Of a DNA stretch of 64,000 nucleotides, positions 1 to 13,667 are shown one piece after another. The first letter of the stretch is position 1. Every line of letters begins with the position of its first letter. Position numbers and translations under genes: made by a program. The stretch is from assembly GCF_004010195.1 (NCBI RefSeq), contig NC_057718.1, forward strand, positions 28,035,974 through 28,099,973. Direction: 5' to 3'. The DNA is from Chiloscyllium plagiosum (taxonomy: Eukaryota). A model generated the notes under the pieces. That model was not told where the DNA came from. It was given only the letters and a program-made list of their open reading frames with translations, and did not search any database.

Positions 1-570
1 AACAAAACAAATCTCCTCTTGTACTTGCATACTAATATTTTGAGGTCCATTTATCAGGGCACCTAGATACCTCTGTATCTGAGTTCTGCAATTTTTCTCC
101 AATTACATCTGCCATATTTTTACCCAGTCACTTAACTTATCTGTGTTCCTTTGGAGTCTCCTTATGTCACAACCTACTTTCCTATCTATCTTTGTATCAT
201 TAGCAAATTTAGCAATAATACATTCAGTTCCTTCGTCCAGTTAATTGAATCAGATTGTAAATAGTTGAGGTTCCAGCACTGATCCCTGTGCTATTCCATT
301 CATGAGATCTTGCCAACCTGAAAGCTACTAATTTATGCCTTCTCTGTTTGCTGTTAGGTAACCAATCCACCTTCCATGATATGTTAACACCATTTCTTTA
401 TGTAATAACCTTCCATGTGGCACTTTGTCAAGTCCCTTTTTGAGATGGTGAGATGTAATGAGTGGACTGCCACTGGGATCGGTGCTTGGCCCTTAACTAT
501 TTACCAATTATATCAGTGACTTGGATGAAGATGCTGAATGCATGGCTGCTAAGTTTGCTCATGATGCCAT
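1..570. mobile_element. Decayed CR1/L2-type LINE RT fragments (minus ~1-440, plus ~450-570)
   Basis: Matches RT-region motifs seen in other LINE copies in the window (ttgtatcattagcaaatt, agcactgatccctgtg; plus-strand gggatcggtgcttggccc...gacttggatga...aagtttgct). Confidence 0.6.
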
Positions 571-689
571 AAACAATTGTGTCCACAGGATGTCCTCATC
601 ATGTTGCTTGTTACTTTCTCAAAAAATTAATAATTGAGTCAAATTTGATTTCCCTTCCCTGCCTGCTTTTGTTGAGATTTTTATGTGCC

Positions 690-775
690 CTGCTAGATAT
701 TTTCTTCTCAACAGTTCAGAGATGCTACTACACACCTCTTGGAGCAGGTGGAACTTGACCCCAGGCCTCTCAATG
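690..775 (-). mobile_element. Short tRNA-derived SINE-like fragment, same family as 1790-1905
   Basis: Reverse complement aligns by eye with 1835-1905. Confidence 0.5.
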
Positions 776-1789
776 CCCTGCTTGTAACAGCTCCGACATT
801 TGAGCAAGTTTGCAAGTTGTTGTTTTCCAGTTGTCTTGAAACAGTGCAACACCTAGCCTGGAGTAACCTATATTTGCATTGCTTTTTCTAGTTGTCTTAA
901 AGGTCCCCAACTGCTATGGGTTTTCTCATCCGAAGTACCTTTTTAGATATCTTGCCTTTCAACGTTATCCAGAATTTTTTTCTGCAACTGCAACTGCTTT
1001 TGCGCAGCATTTTTAAAGATACTGATCTGTTAGATTTGCCTATACCAACTTCAATTCACCACTATTAATCTTCCACAATATTACAGCTTTCTTTTCCCTC
1101 TGTGGTTCTGTACATAAATAGAAAATACTTTGCATTCTTGTCCTAAATTGAATTAATTGAATATATTTAAATGCTTATTGTTATTGATATTCTGATTTGC
1201 CTATATGAGTGAATTCTGTTAAATGCTTTGATGTTTTTGGATATGATAAGACAGCATGTAAAAACAAGTCTGTCTGTATCTGTTTCTTGCTGTGAGCACA
1301 TGCTTAGTCTAGTCTATTATTGTTGAATAGTTTGCTGAATGCTGTTTGTGACTGCAACAACTACATCAGTATGTTTATTGAATGGAAGGTAAAGTTTGCT
1401 AAATCTTCAAAGCATACATTGATGTGCACGTGTGAATTGGCAAATCTGAAGTGCATTTGCCAAATACATTGGATGCATTCAATTTATAAAAAGCTTCAAT
1501 TTTAGCAAAATGAATTCTTCCTTACCCAAGTAATTTCTTCAAATTACAAGAATCAAAAGACGCTATTTGGTTTTTGCATCATCCTGAGGAGCTAGTGGTT
1601 TATCAATTTTTGTAATCTTACCAATTGTTAATTCATTGCCTTGTCTTAATGATTTGAGGCAAATGGCCAAACCTGTGAAACAAATCGTTAATCCCTCTGG
1701 AGTCTTCTCATCTACATCTGCAGTCTAATTATTTAGCAGTTAGCAATGTTTGACAGACCTGGAGTCCTGGTACTAAAGAGCATGGAAGG

Positions 1790-1905
1790 AACTCTTGTGA
1801 AGCAGTGGTAGTGTCCCTACCCCTGAACCGAGAGACCCGGTTTCAAATCGTACCTTCTCCAGAGATGTGTATTAACATGTCTGAATAGGTTAATTAGAAA
1901 AATAG
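1790..1905 (+). mobile_element. Short tRNA-derived SINE-like element
   Basis: A-box-like gaagcagtggtagtg and B-box-like ggtttcaaatc; second copy inverted at 690-775. Confidence 0.5.
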
Positions 1906-2190
1906 GTTTAAAAAAAGGGCAAGGAACGAAGTGTCTGAATTTCATTATCATGTACCATTCCCCCATCAATGCACCATTACTACGATATATAGAGATGTAC
2001 AGCACGGAAACAGACCCTTTGATCCAACTTGTCCATACTGACCAGATATCCTAACCTAATCTAGTCCCATTTGCTAACACTTACCCCAAATCCCTGTAAT
2101 CCCATCCTATTCATTTACCCATCCAAATGCCTTTTAAAGGTTGTAATTGTACCAGCTTCCACCACTTCCTCTGGTAGCTCATTCCATACC

Positions 2191-2484
2191 TTAGATTAGA
2201 TGCACTACACTATGGAAACAGGCCCTTCAGTCCGACAGGTCCACACCAACCCTCCGAGATCCATTTCCCCCCCACCCTATATTTACCCTGTCTTAGCAAT
2301 TGAGCATGGCCAATTTACCTGATCTGCACATCTTTGGATTGTGAGAGGAAACCGGAGCATCCAGAGGAAACCCACGCAGATGCGGGGAGAACGTGCAGAC
2401 TCCACACAGACCGTTGCCTGAGGCGATCCCTAATCTCTGGTGCTGTGAGGCAGCAGTGCTAACCATTGAGCCACCATGCCGCCC
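2191..2484 (-). mobile_element. HE1-type tRNA-derived SINE nested in CR1
   Basis: Reverse complement matches the SINE at 61067-61385, including the (TAATC)n-like tail. Confidence 0.85.
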
Positions 2485-3446
2485 GTGCCACATGCACCAC
2501 CCTCTGCATGAAAAAATTGCTCTTGTGTCCCTTTTAAATCTTCTCCTGTCTTATCCTTAACTAATGCCGTCTATTTCTGGACTCCCCCACCTCAGGAAAA
2601 ACACCTCAGAAAAAAAAATTTACCCTCGCATGCCCTGCATGATTTATAAACCTGTATAAGGTCACCCTTCAGCCTCCGATGCTCCAGGGAAAATAGCCTC
2701 TGCCTATTCAGCCTCTCCCTATAGCTCAAACCCTCCTACCCTGGCAAAATCCTTCTAGATATTTTCTGAACCCTTTCAGTTTCACAACATCCTTCCTGTG
2801 GGAGAGAGACCAGAATTGCATGCACATTCCAAAAGTGGCCTAATCAATGTCCTGTACAGTCACAACATGACCTCCCAACTCCTATACTCAATGCTTTGAC
2901 CAATAAAGGAAGGCATATCAGACACCTTCACTATCCTATGTACTGGCGACTCCAAGAAACTATGAATCTGCATTTGAGGTCTATTTGTTCAGCAACACTC
3001 TCTAGGACCTTTCCATTAAGTGTATAAGTCCTGCCCTAATTTGCTTTTCCAAAATGCAGCATTTACCTAAATTAAACTCCATCTGCCACTCTTTGGCCTC
3101 TTGGCCTATCTGATCAAGATCCTGTTGTACTCTGAGGTAACCTTCTTCGCTGTCCACTATATCTCAAATTTTGATGTCATGTGTAAACTTATTAACTATG
3201 CCTCTTATGCTCACATCCAAATCATTTTTATAAATTACAAAAAGCAGTAGACCCAGTATCGATCCTTGTGGCACACCAGTGGTCACAGGCCTCCAGTCTG
3301 AAAAGCAACCTTCCACAACCAGCTTCTGCCTTCTATCTTCGAGCCAGTTCTGTATCCGAATGGCTAGTTCTCCCTATATTCCATGTGATCTAACCTTTCT
3401 AACCAGTCTACTTATTGAATACCTTACTGCAGTCCAGATAGATCAC

Positions 3447-3546
3447 TCATTCCTGATGAAGGGCTTTTGCCTGAAACATCGATTTTTCCTGCTCCTCAGA
3501 TGCTGCCTGACCTACTGTGCTTTTCCAGCACCACTCTAATCTTGAC
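3447..3546 (+). mobile_element. 100-bp PLE-derived insertion carrying a hammerhead motif
   Basis: Flanked by 14-bp direct repeat tcca(g/t)atagatcac (3433-3446, 3547-3560); same family as the terminal sequence of the PLE at 49030-49620. Confidence 0.8.
3449..3484 (+). ncRNA. Minimal hammerhead ribozyme motif (degenerate)
   Basis: CTGATGA-A-GGGC tttt GCCT-GAAAC-ATC-GA. Confidence 0.6.
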
Positions 3547-6500
3547 TCCATATAGATCACAGATCCATATAGATCTCGCCCATCACTCTGCCCTCATCAA
3601 TCCTCTTTGTGACTTTTTTAAAAAAAACTCAATCAAGTTAACGAGACATGATTTCCCACACACACAGCCATGTTGACTATCCCTAATCTATGCTTGATTT
3701 AGATTGGAATTATATTTGCTGTGGAAATGCTCGTGGGTTTTGCCTCTTGAAGTGATGCAAGGATTGAGGGATCTTCCTGAGCTGATATTAAAGAAACTGT
3801 TCCTTGTTATTTCTGCTTATTTAGCATTCCTCTTGTCATTGGTAATGATTTATTCACAAATAGAAAAATAGTTTTTCAGTGAGGATCGATGGTTACTTTT
3901 ACTCCTTTCTATACGATCGCATTTTCTTAATGAATCACTTAATTCCATGATTTAATACTTGATGGCTCCTCAACAAATTCATCATTGCCCTTTTCATTTT
4001 CATTTTCTTTCATCGAGATATATCTTTGTAATTTAAATCGGTACATATAGGGCAATATTGGTTCTGGTACACTTGATAACCTTGCTGTACATTTACAATA
4101 TGTTGATTCTAGCTGAAATTGAGTATTAGTGATATGATCAACAAAACTCATTAATCCAGAGAATAGCTATGTTAATATTTTCCAGATTATTCATTTCATA
4201 CTGCTGAAGAAGGCAGATTTTGACTGTGTCCTTGGAGGTTTAAGTGAAGATGGTTAGCTGAATGTTTCAATCTTAACTACATTTTAAGAAAGTTTGAACT
4301 CCCCCATAACTAGGGGAACTTCTCTCTGCCTTGTGGAAATGCAAAACATAGATTATTCTTATTCTGCTGAAGGAGTCTTGATATGGTGCCACATTTTAAG
4401 TCTCAGAAAGATTACAATTACCTTGAGCATTCATATGGCCTACTTTTAGTTACCATTCTTTTTTTTTGAATTATCTCAATGCGCAGTAATTTGACTCTCA
4501 AATCCTGGCTTGTTACACATGCCATGCTTGGCAATATAGCAGAAACTGAAGCAGTGTTAGTTGATAACACGGTTAACCAAGAATTCTTGAATTCTGCATT
4601 GGCTTAATAATTTCTCCAAGTGTAATTGCTTATGAATTAGATTATAAAATTGTCAGTTTTTATCCGGATGTGTTTATCATTTATCTTTTGCTTCTGAAAC
4701 CAGTTCTTTGCCATTTCTCTTATGCTAGTAAAAATGTCAGTTTGTAGCCTAGGCCAGTTTGCCAGAAGGAGGGGCAGGAACAGTGGCCATAACCACTGCC
4801 AGCCTGATTGACACTTTCTTTCCCCTCTCTGCCACAACTGAAGCATATTTAAAATCAGGTTATGGATATCATAGGTCCTGTCCAAAATTAAATCTGGGTA
4901 AATGAAAAGTATGGAAAAAAAAAAGTTTTTAAAAAAACTGTGCATGCACCTTTTTTTAAAACCTTTTTGTACTTTTTATTCCCTCAGATTTAAACAGTTT
5001 GGTACAGCAACTACATTGCAGGTAAGTGGATTTAAAAAAAAGACTTAGTTTGCTTTTAGGAGAAACAGGTAAACAAGAGATGCCCTTTTTTTGGCTGTTG
5101 CTGAGTTTCTTAAAGATCATCATGTACTTAGTGCTTTTAATGTAGAAAGTGCCTTCACATAACATGAGAAGAAGTCACTTAGGATAGGTGATTGCCCGAG
5201 TGTTTCATGTTTTTTTTTAAAAAAGGGAATTTTTATATTTGGTTAAGGTATAGCAATACATAGGTTTAGAAGAAATTTAAATATAAAATTAGGATGGTGT
5301 AAGACTGATACTTCTGATAGTGTAGTGCAGTAAGGGTGATAGATATTTAGTAGGACATAGATGATAACCTTGCACCTAGCCTTCTAGGGATTTGAGGGCA
5401 AAAGTTAAACTTTTGAAATTACTATACCAGGGAATACTAATTGTTTTAATTGGTGATCAGAAACAAATATTAAATTGTAGATAAGGTTGAAGGTTTTGTA
5501 GAGCAAAAAGGTGGAGGCAGCTCATCCAGAGGCCTGACACTAGTGTGAACCATTTGGGCCAAATGAGCTTTCTCTACATTGTCTCTTCCGTTACAAAAGT
5601 TGATAATTGGAGAAATGTCGAATGAACATGATGAGAATTAATGTGGTGATTGCGACCACTGAATGTGAAAATAGGCTGTTTTGTGAAAGGCACTAATACA
5701 AGTGGTCTGTCTCATTCAGCCATCCAGTCAGTTTCAGTTTTTTTAATGAGTTTACTATCTTTCCAGCTTTTTTGGATAGGTGCTGTTTTGGTCCAGAATA
5801 ATTATTGGTTTTGCTGCTGTTTTTTTCCTGCAGATAATCTTACTCAGCAGCATGATTTCCAGACTCATTAATAAACTTAATAACAAAACAAATGAAGTAT
5901 TTTCCACCAAGGTTGCTCTTTCTACAAACAAAAGGAAATTGACTTGTTGATACTGTCTGAAGTTCATAAACTCTGCACTCATGCTAAAACTGCAGTTATT
6001 TTGAGCTAAAGGAGTTTCAGTTTACTCACCCACAAATTGGAAGCATTCTAACATTAGTTTTCTCAGCTAGTTCCATGAAGGACATCATGTAAAACATAAG
6101 AATTCCAGGTGTTTACCATAAATTCAAGATAACACTAGAAATTTCTCAGTGCCATCTTGCCAATGGAGTGCTTAAGGAAAAGTAGCATCAAGAACTGACA
6201 GCAATTTCAGGCAATGTCAGTGATCTACTAGCAATAAAGAGATAGTAAAGCTACCAGCATTTCATACTCAACCTGAAAACTGGCAAGATCCAAAATCTAC
6301 ATTGATTTCGCCTAAAGCTCTTTGAGACACTACTATACCTGTAAGGGCTAAATCCAGGTTGAACACGAAGCCGACATTGCACTATCTGGTTCAATCTGAG
6401 TGAGTTGCTGAGAAAGGTGATAGAGGCAGTGACTACAGTGGATTTGTTCCTGGTGATGTGCAAAAACATTTGATGCATTTGGGAGTTGGTTAGTTGATTT

Positions 6501-6797
6501 GTTAAATTGAGAGTGGTGATGGGAGAGTTAATGACGACTACTGCCAGTCTATCCAGGAAATATTAACCTATATGTTTGGATAATAGTATAGAGAAGCAGT
6601 CTGTAGATAACAATAAGGACAGAATAGAAATGTAACCTTGGAGTTCACTGATCATGCAGGATGAGCCATTACAGGTGATGTAACAGCTACACTGAAACTG
6701 ATTGAATTCATACCAGGGAAAAGAACATTGACATTGGGTGGCCTGATCAACCACCTTGACCTTTGCAGAGAAATTGAAGAGGAATAACATGATGTAA

Positions 6798-9700
6798 TAG
6801 AACAGGACAGTACAAGCCTTTCGGCCCTCGATGGTGTGCTAGCCTTTTATCCTATTCTAAGATCTAACCAACATATACTTCATTGTATTATCTTCCATGT
6901 GCCTATCCAGGAGTCGCTTAAATGTCCCTAATAAACCTGACTGTACTACCACTGCTGGCAGTGCGTTCCACACACCCAACACACAGTATGTAAAGAACCG
7001 ACCTCTGACATCTCCCCTAAACCTTCCTCCAATTACCTTGTGATAGATATTTCTGCCATGGGAAAAAGTCTCTGGCTATCCACTCTATCTATGCCTCTCA
7101 ACACCTTGTACAGCTCTATCAAGTCACCTCTCATCCATCTTTGCTCCAATGAGGAAAGCTCTAGCTCCCTCAACCTTTCTTCATAAGAGATGCCCTCCCA
7201 TCCTGGCAACATCCTGGTATATCTCTTTTGCACCCTCTCTAAAGCTTCCAAATCTTTTCTATAATGAGGCGACCAGAACTGAATACAATATTCCAAGTGT
7301 GGTCTAACCAGGGCTTTATAGAGTTGCAGCATACCCTCACGGCTCTTCAACTCAAGCCCTCTGCTAATGAAAGCCAACATACATACGCTGCCTTACCCCT
7401 TGGGTGGCAACTTAGAGGGATCTATGGACATGGACCTCAAGATCGCTCTTCCTCCATACTGCCAAGAATCCTACCTTTAACCCTGTATTCTGCATTCAAA
7501 TTTGACCTTTCAACGTGAATGACTTCACATTTCTCCAGGTTGAACTTCACCTGCCATTTCTCAGCCCAGTTCTACATCCAGTCAATGTCCCATTGCAATC
7601 TACAATAGCCCTCCACACTATCCACTACTCTACCAAACTTTGTGTCATTGGCAACCTTACTAACCCACCCTCCCACATCCTCATCCAAGTCATTCATAAA
7701 AACCAGAAAGCAGAGGTTCCAGAACTGACCCCTGTGGAACATGACTCGTCACCGAGCTCCAGACTAAATACTTTCCATCAACTACCACCCTCTGTCTTAT
7801 ATGGGTCAGTCAATTCTGTATCCAGACAACCAGAATTTCCTGTTTCTCGTTCCTCCTTACTTTCTGAATGAGCCGATCATGGGGAACCTTATCAAACGCC
7901 TTGTTAAAATCCATGTACACCACATCCACTGGTCTACCTTCATTGATGTGTTTTATCAAATCCTCAAAGAATTTAGTAAGGTTTGTGAGGCATGACCTGC
8001 CCCTTACAAAGCCATACTGACTATCTCTAATCAAACTATAGTTCTCCAAGTAATCATAAATCCTGTCTCTCAGAATCCTCTCCAATACTTTTGTGCATCA
8101 CTGATGTAAGACTGACTGATCTATAATTCCCAGGATTATCCCCATTCCCTCCCTTGAACAAGGAAGTAACACGTGCCACCCTCCAATCATCTGGCGCTAC
8201 TCCAATCGACAGTGAGGATGTAAAGATCATCGCCAGAGAATGCAGCAGTTTCTTCCTTCACTTCCTGTAGCAACCTTGGGTATATCCTGTCTGGCCCAGG
8301 GGATTTATGTATCCTATCCTTAGGTTTTTCAAAACTTGCAGCACCTCTTCCTCCTTAACGCCAACCTGTTCTAGCATATCAGTCTGTTTCACGCTGTCCT
8401 CAGAAAAGTCAAGGTCCCTCTCAGTAGTGAATACTGAAGCAAAATATTCATAAAAGACCTCCCATGTTTCCTCTGACACCAGGCACAAGTTCCCTCCACT
8501 ATTCCTGATTGGCTGTACTCTCACTCTGGCCATCATCTTGTTCCTCACAAGTATAGAATGCCTTAGAGTTTTCCTTAATCCTACCCACAAAAGCTTTTTC
8601 ATGCACCCTTCTAGCTCTCTTAAGTCCATTCTTCAGTTCCTTCCTAGCCACATTGTAACCCTGTAAAGCCATGTCTGATCTTTGTCTCCTCAACCTTAAG
8701 TAAGCTTCCTTTTTCCTCTTGACTAGATGTTCCACATCCCTTGTGACCAAAGGTTTTTTCAACCTACAATCCCTTGCCTTAGTCGAACAAACCAGTCCGG
8801 CACTATCAGATAGTGCTTCCTAAACTATCTCCAGTTTTTTGTCGTGCATTTCCCTGAAAACATCTGTTCCCAATTTAGGCACCCCAGTTCCTGCCTAATC
8901 TGATTACAATTTCCCCTCCCTCAATTAAATACTTTCCCATACTGTCTGCTCCTATCCCTCTCCATGACTACAGAAAAAGGTCAGGGAGTTGTGATCACTA
9001 TCACCAAAATGCTGTCTTACTGAGAGATCTGACACCTGACCTGGTTCGTTGCCAAGCACCAAATTCAATATGGCATCCCCTCTAATCAGCCGATCTACAT
9101 ATTGCGTCAGGAGCCCTTCCTGAGCACACTTGATAAAAACTGCTCCATCCGAACGTCTTCAATTAAAAAGGTTCCAATCAATATTGGAGAAGTTAAAGTC
9201 ACACATGACAACAGCCCTGTTACTCCTGCACCTTTCTAAAGCCTGCCTCCCAATCTGCTCCTCTGTGTCCCTGTTGCTATTGGGGGGGGGGGCCTTGAGA
9301 AAACTGCCAATAAAGTGACTGCTGCTTTCCTGTTTCTGACTTCCACCACTCTGTAGACAAGTCCTACTCAACACCGGGCTGTACATCTCTATGACTCTAT
9401 GACCTCCTTTCTGTAGCTGTGATACTACCTTGATTAGCAATGCCACTCCTCCACCTCTTTTACCTCCCCTATTCCTTTTGAAACATCTAAACCCTGAAAC
9501 ACCCAACAACTATTCCTGTCCCAGTGATATCCAAGTCTCCATAATGGCCACAACATCATAGTTCTAAGTACTGATCCATGTTCTGCATTCATCACCCTTC
9601 TTCCTGATACTACTTACATTAAAATAGACACATGTTCAACCCATCACACTGACTGCACTTTTGCCCTATCAAGTGCCTATCCCTCATCACAGACTTTCTG

Positions 9701-10150
9701 CATGCTGCATTTGGCTGTTCACTACCTACTCCATTATCTGATCTGTAGTTCAGGTTTCCACCCCCCTGCCAATCGAGGTAAAACCCTCCCAAAGAGCTCT
9801 AGTAAATCTCCTGCCCAGGATATTGGTGCCCCTCCAGTTCAGATGCAACCCATCCTTCTTGTACAGGTCCCACCTTCCCCAAAGGTTTTCCCAATGATCC
9901 ACATATCTGAAGCCCTTCCTCCTACACCAGCCCTGCAGCCATGTGTTCATTTGCACTCGCTCTCTATTCCTAGCCTCACTAGCACTTGGTGCCAGTAGTA
10001 ATGCGGAGATTACTACTCTGCTCATCCTGCCTTCTAGCTTCCAACCTAACTCCCTATATTCTTTTTTCAGGTCCTCCTCCCTTTCCCTACCTATGTCGTT
10101 GGTATTAATGTGTACCATGACTTCTGGCTGCTGTCCCTCCCCCTTCTTAA
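6798..10150 (-). mobile_element. Long decayed CR1 LINE: ORF1 SGNH-esterase-like plus ORF2 endonuclease/RT
   Basis: ORF fragments VHINTNDIG...LYKKDGLHLN (ORF1); RGGGVALLIK and DFNF (EN); QYGFVRGRSCLTNL, VDVVYMDFNKAFDKVPH, LVRPHLEYCIQFWSP (RT); many stops and frameshifts. Confidence 0.9.
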
Positions 10151-10309
10151 GAGGGAGGGAGTTGCATCAATATTTTTGGGTGACATCTGCTATTGGGCAG
10201 ACTATATCCTGAACTGAATATATTCTAACAATGAACGTTAGAAGGGAAGGCTGAGTTTTGGGTAAAAATGTGTTGAGAATGTTTGTTGGAGAAGGGAAAA
10301 GAAATGTGT

Positions 10310-10545
10310 ATTTTTTGCAGCACTTTTATGACTCCAAGATGTTCCAGAGTGCTTTGCTACTAATGAACTACCCTTCAAGTGTACTCAGTTGTAATGTGGA
10401 AAGTGTGACAGCTGATTAATGCACAACAAACTCCTACAAACAGCAATTTGATAATGGCCAGATAATCTATTTTGCAGATCTTGACTCATGACAAATCTTT
10501 ATGTGGATTCTGAGAGAGGACTCCCCTATTCTTTGAAGGGGTGTC
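10310..10545 (-). mobile_element. Ancient Deu-domain SINE (SacSINE1/AmnSINE1-like)
   Basis: gcacaacaaactcctacaaacagcaatttgataatggccagataatct...ggactcccct resembles the Deu core as I recall it; related copy at 42050-42270. Confidence 0.5.
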
Positions 10546-10574
10546 TTGTGATGATTCACACTCATAGTAGCGGC

Positions 10575-10925
10575 ATACATGCTACACCAAAGGAAGGATG
10601 TGGAGGCTTTGGAGAGAGTGTAAAAGGGTTTCACCAGGATGTTGCCTGGATTGGTGTGAATTAACTATAAGGAGATGTTGGACAAACTTGGATTGTCTTT
10701 GCTAGTGTCAGAGGCTGAGGGAGCAACCTGATACAAGTATATAAAATTGAGAGGCATGGATAGGGTGGATAGTTGGAGTCTTTATCCCAAGGTGAAAATG
10801 TTCTGGAACATTGGTATAATGTCAAAGGGGCAAAGTTCAAAGGAGATGTGCGAAGCAAATTTATTTTTACATAGAGGATGGTAGTACCTGGAAGGCATTG
10901 CCAGGGAAGGTGGTAGAAGCAGATG
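10575..10925 (+). mobile_element. CR1 LINE 3' ORF2 fragment
   Basis: aggaaggatgtggaggctttggagagagtg...accaggatgttgcctgg, homologous to the other CR1 copies. Confidence 0.8.
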
Positions 10926-11947
10926 TTCTCAATCAAATGGCAGAAGATGGTAAAGAGAACAAGAAGCAAAAGAGTTTGAGTTAGAGGAAGATGGGAGTTG
11001 GCTATGTAAAATAAAAATCTAGTGGTTGGAGATTGATTGGATGCACGAAGGAAAAGTAAATTTTGAATTTCACTGGCACATAAAGTTTGTATCATTTCAG
11101 GATTAGAGATGTAGGGAAGAATGTTGAAGGGGATACAAGAGAAATCTAAATTGGCATCTTGGGTTACTTAATGAGCAGGGTAAATATTGCTTTCTCTTAA
11201 TTTGTAAGTTTCTTGTAAGCTTAAAGTGACTAAATTTTAGTACTTTTGTCAGTGAAAATTTAATTACTTTTATTGTGGCTGTATTTTAAATATGGTTTGT
11301 TGGCTCCTCAATGTATTTGTTCAGCCAACTAGAGGAAGAAGGAATGTTGTCTGTTCTAGAATGTTGTCTGGCATGTTAACATGCCAGGTAAGCATTTGAT
11401 GAGCCGATACTGAACTGTACTTCAAGATGTTTGCGTTTGTCAGGAATTGAATGTGAATGGTGTTGTAAAAACATGGTTGTACTAATGGTTTTGGATTTGG
11501 TTAAATCTTCATTCAACAGGTAAATATTGAAGTTGAATGAGGGCAATCTTGAGCTTAAGTTCTGATCAGGGTAAAACTTTGTGCCTACTGAGGGAACTAG
11601 CAGAGATGTGTCCCAACTTTATCATTATGCTGAACTTGATATGTTCAGTGAAATTTCAATTGGTGTATTAAAATTGAATCATTGTGCACAAACAGTATTC
11701 TGCAAACTTGTATAAATACAGTATCTGGAGGGAAGGTGGAGGAGATTTCAAAGTAACCTTTTAAGATCAGTTGAGGGTGAAATGGAGAGTTCAGTTTCCA
11801 TAGTTTTCTAGTTTAAATTTAAAGATGTCAGTGAGGCAGCAATTAAATTAGTAATCCCTATCTAGAATGTGCATGGCTCCCAATTTTCACTTAATGAATT
11901 TTCATTTGCTATGTTAATTTTGAGCATGAATAATTGTGAAATCTTGA

Positions 11948-12208
<261 letters not shown>

Positions 12209-12266
12209 TGAATGAAATGTATACTTTCTCGGTGTTTTCATGTATTTTCTTTGTTTATGTCCTTAG

Positions 12267-12352
12267 GGCAAATGCCATTTTTAATGGAAATCAGGGTGGA
12301 GTTTACATCTTTGGAGATGGCAGGGGTCTCATAGAGGGAAATGACATTTATG
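12267..12352 (+). CDS. FBXO11: FBXO11 exon ([28 protein letters not shown])
   Basis: ccttag| and |gtaagg, 86 nt, phases fit. Confidence 0.97.
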
Positions 12353-12414
12353 GTAAGGTGAATATAAACATTTTATTTAATTTTGTTTTTTAATCAATGT
12401 ACGTAATTGTTTAA

Positions 12415-12594
<180 letters not shown>

Positions 12595-13370
12595 TAAGAA
12601 AAAAATTATGATGGTCATAATTTTGCTTGATTAGTTTTAAAACAAACTTTGAAACTGAAGGTTAAATTTATAATTGCTTGTTAAGTATCCTGAATTCTTT
12701 AGCTTGGCACTAAAGACCAGAGTCTTTTCATTAATCAATTTGGTTAACCTGGTCTCAGCTAGATTATTAACTGTCAATTAGACCCTTGAAATATATATGT
12801 TTTATATTACTATTTAAATGCAAGTTGTTGAAAGTATAAGATAAAAGCTTCATGGTGAAATCCGAAATATAAATACAATAAATAGGTATACAACTGAAAT
12901 TTCTTTAAATCAGATTCATCTCCCTATAGTTTCAAATTGATTTGTATATTATTGGGATTTTCTTCTGGTTCTCCAGCCTGAAACAGCTGCATTTAATTTT
13001 TAAATGACCTGGTAATTTTGATTTTCAGGCAGCCAAATAAATATCCTTTAGTGTGATTCTTTTTTTCTCTCTGTATTTGCAGCCATTATTACTGTAAAAT
13101 GATTTACCTGTTACCATGGTGTCTGATATTCTTTTAAGGAATTTTGAATACTGAGAAGACAAAAAAAATCACATTTCGAATCTTAGATCACATTAAAGGA
13201 GGAAGACTGTCAAGAAAAACCAATTTGTAGTATTCTACAGAAGTTGAAATAGGTCATGTGTAACATCTAAGGAGAAACTGTATTTAAATATATGTAGATT
13301 GTGAAATGGTGGGAAGAGACCCATGTTGATTTGTATTCAAAATGCTAAAAGTTTAACATTTATTGTTTAG

Positions 13371-13529
<159 letters not shown>

Positions 13530-13538
13530 TGAAATTAA

Positions 13539-13667
<129 letters not shown>

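Larger units (their letters stand above)
1989..3690 (-). mobile_element. CR1 (HER1-like) LINE 3' part with nested SINE and PLE-derived insertion
   Basis: Colinear with the better preserved CR1 copy at 58880-60160; 3' tail atagagatgtacagcacggaaacagaccc. Confidence 0.85.

Noticed and set aside
9750..10118. Esterase-like ORF as a horizontally acquired or domesticated gene
   Set aside because: It is the known SGNH-esterase ORF1 of CR1 elements, in its expected position; a second copy is at 62005-62418
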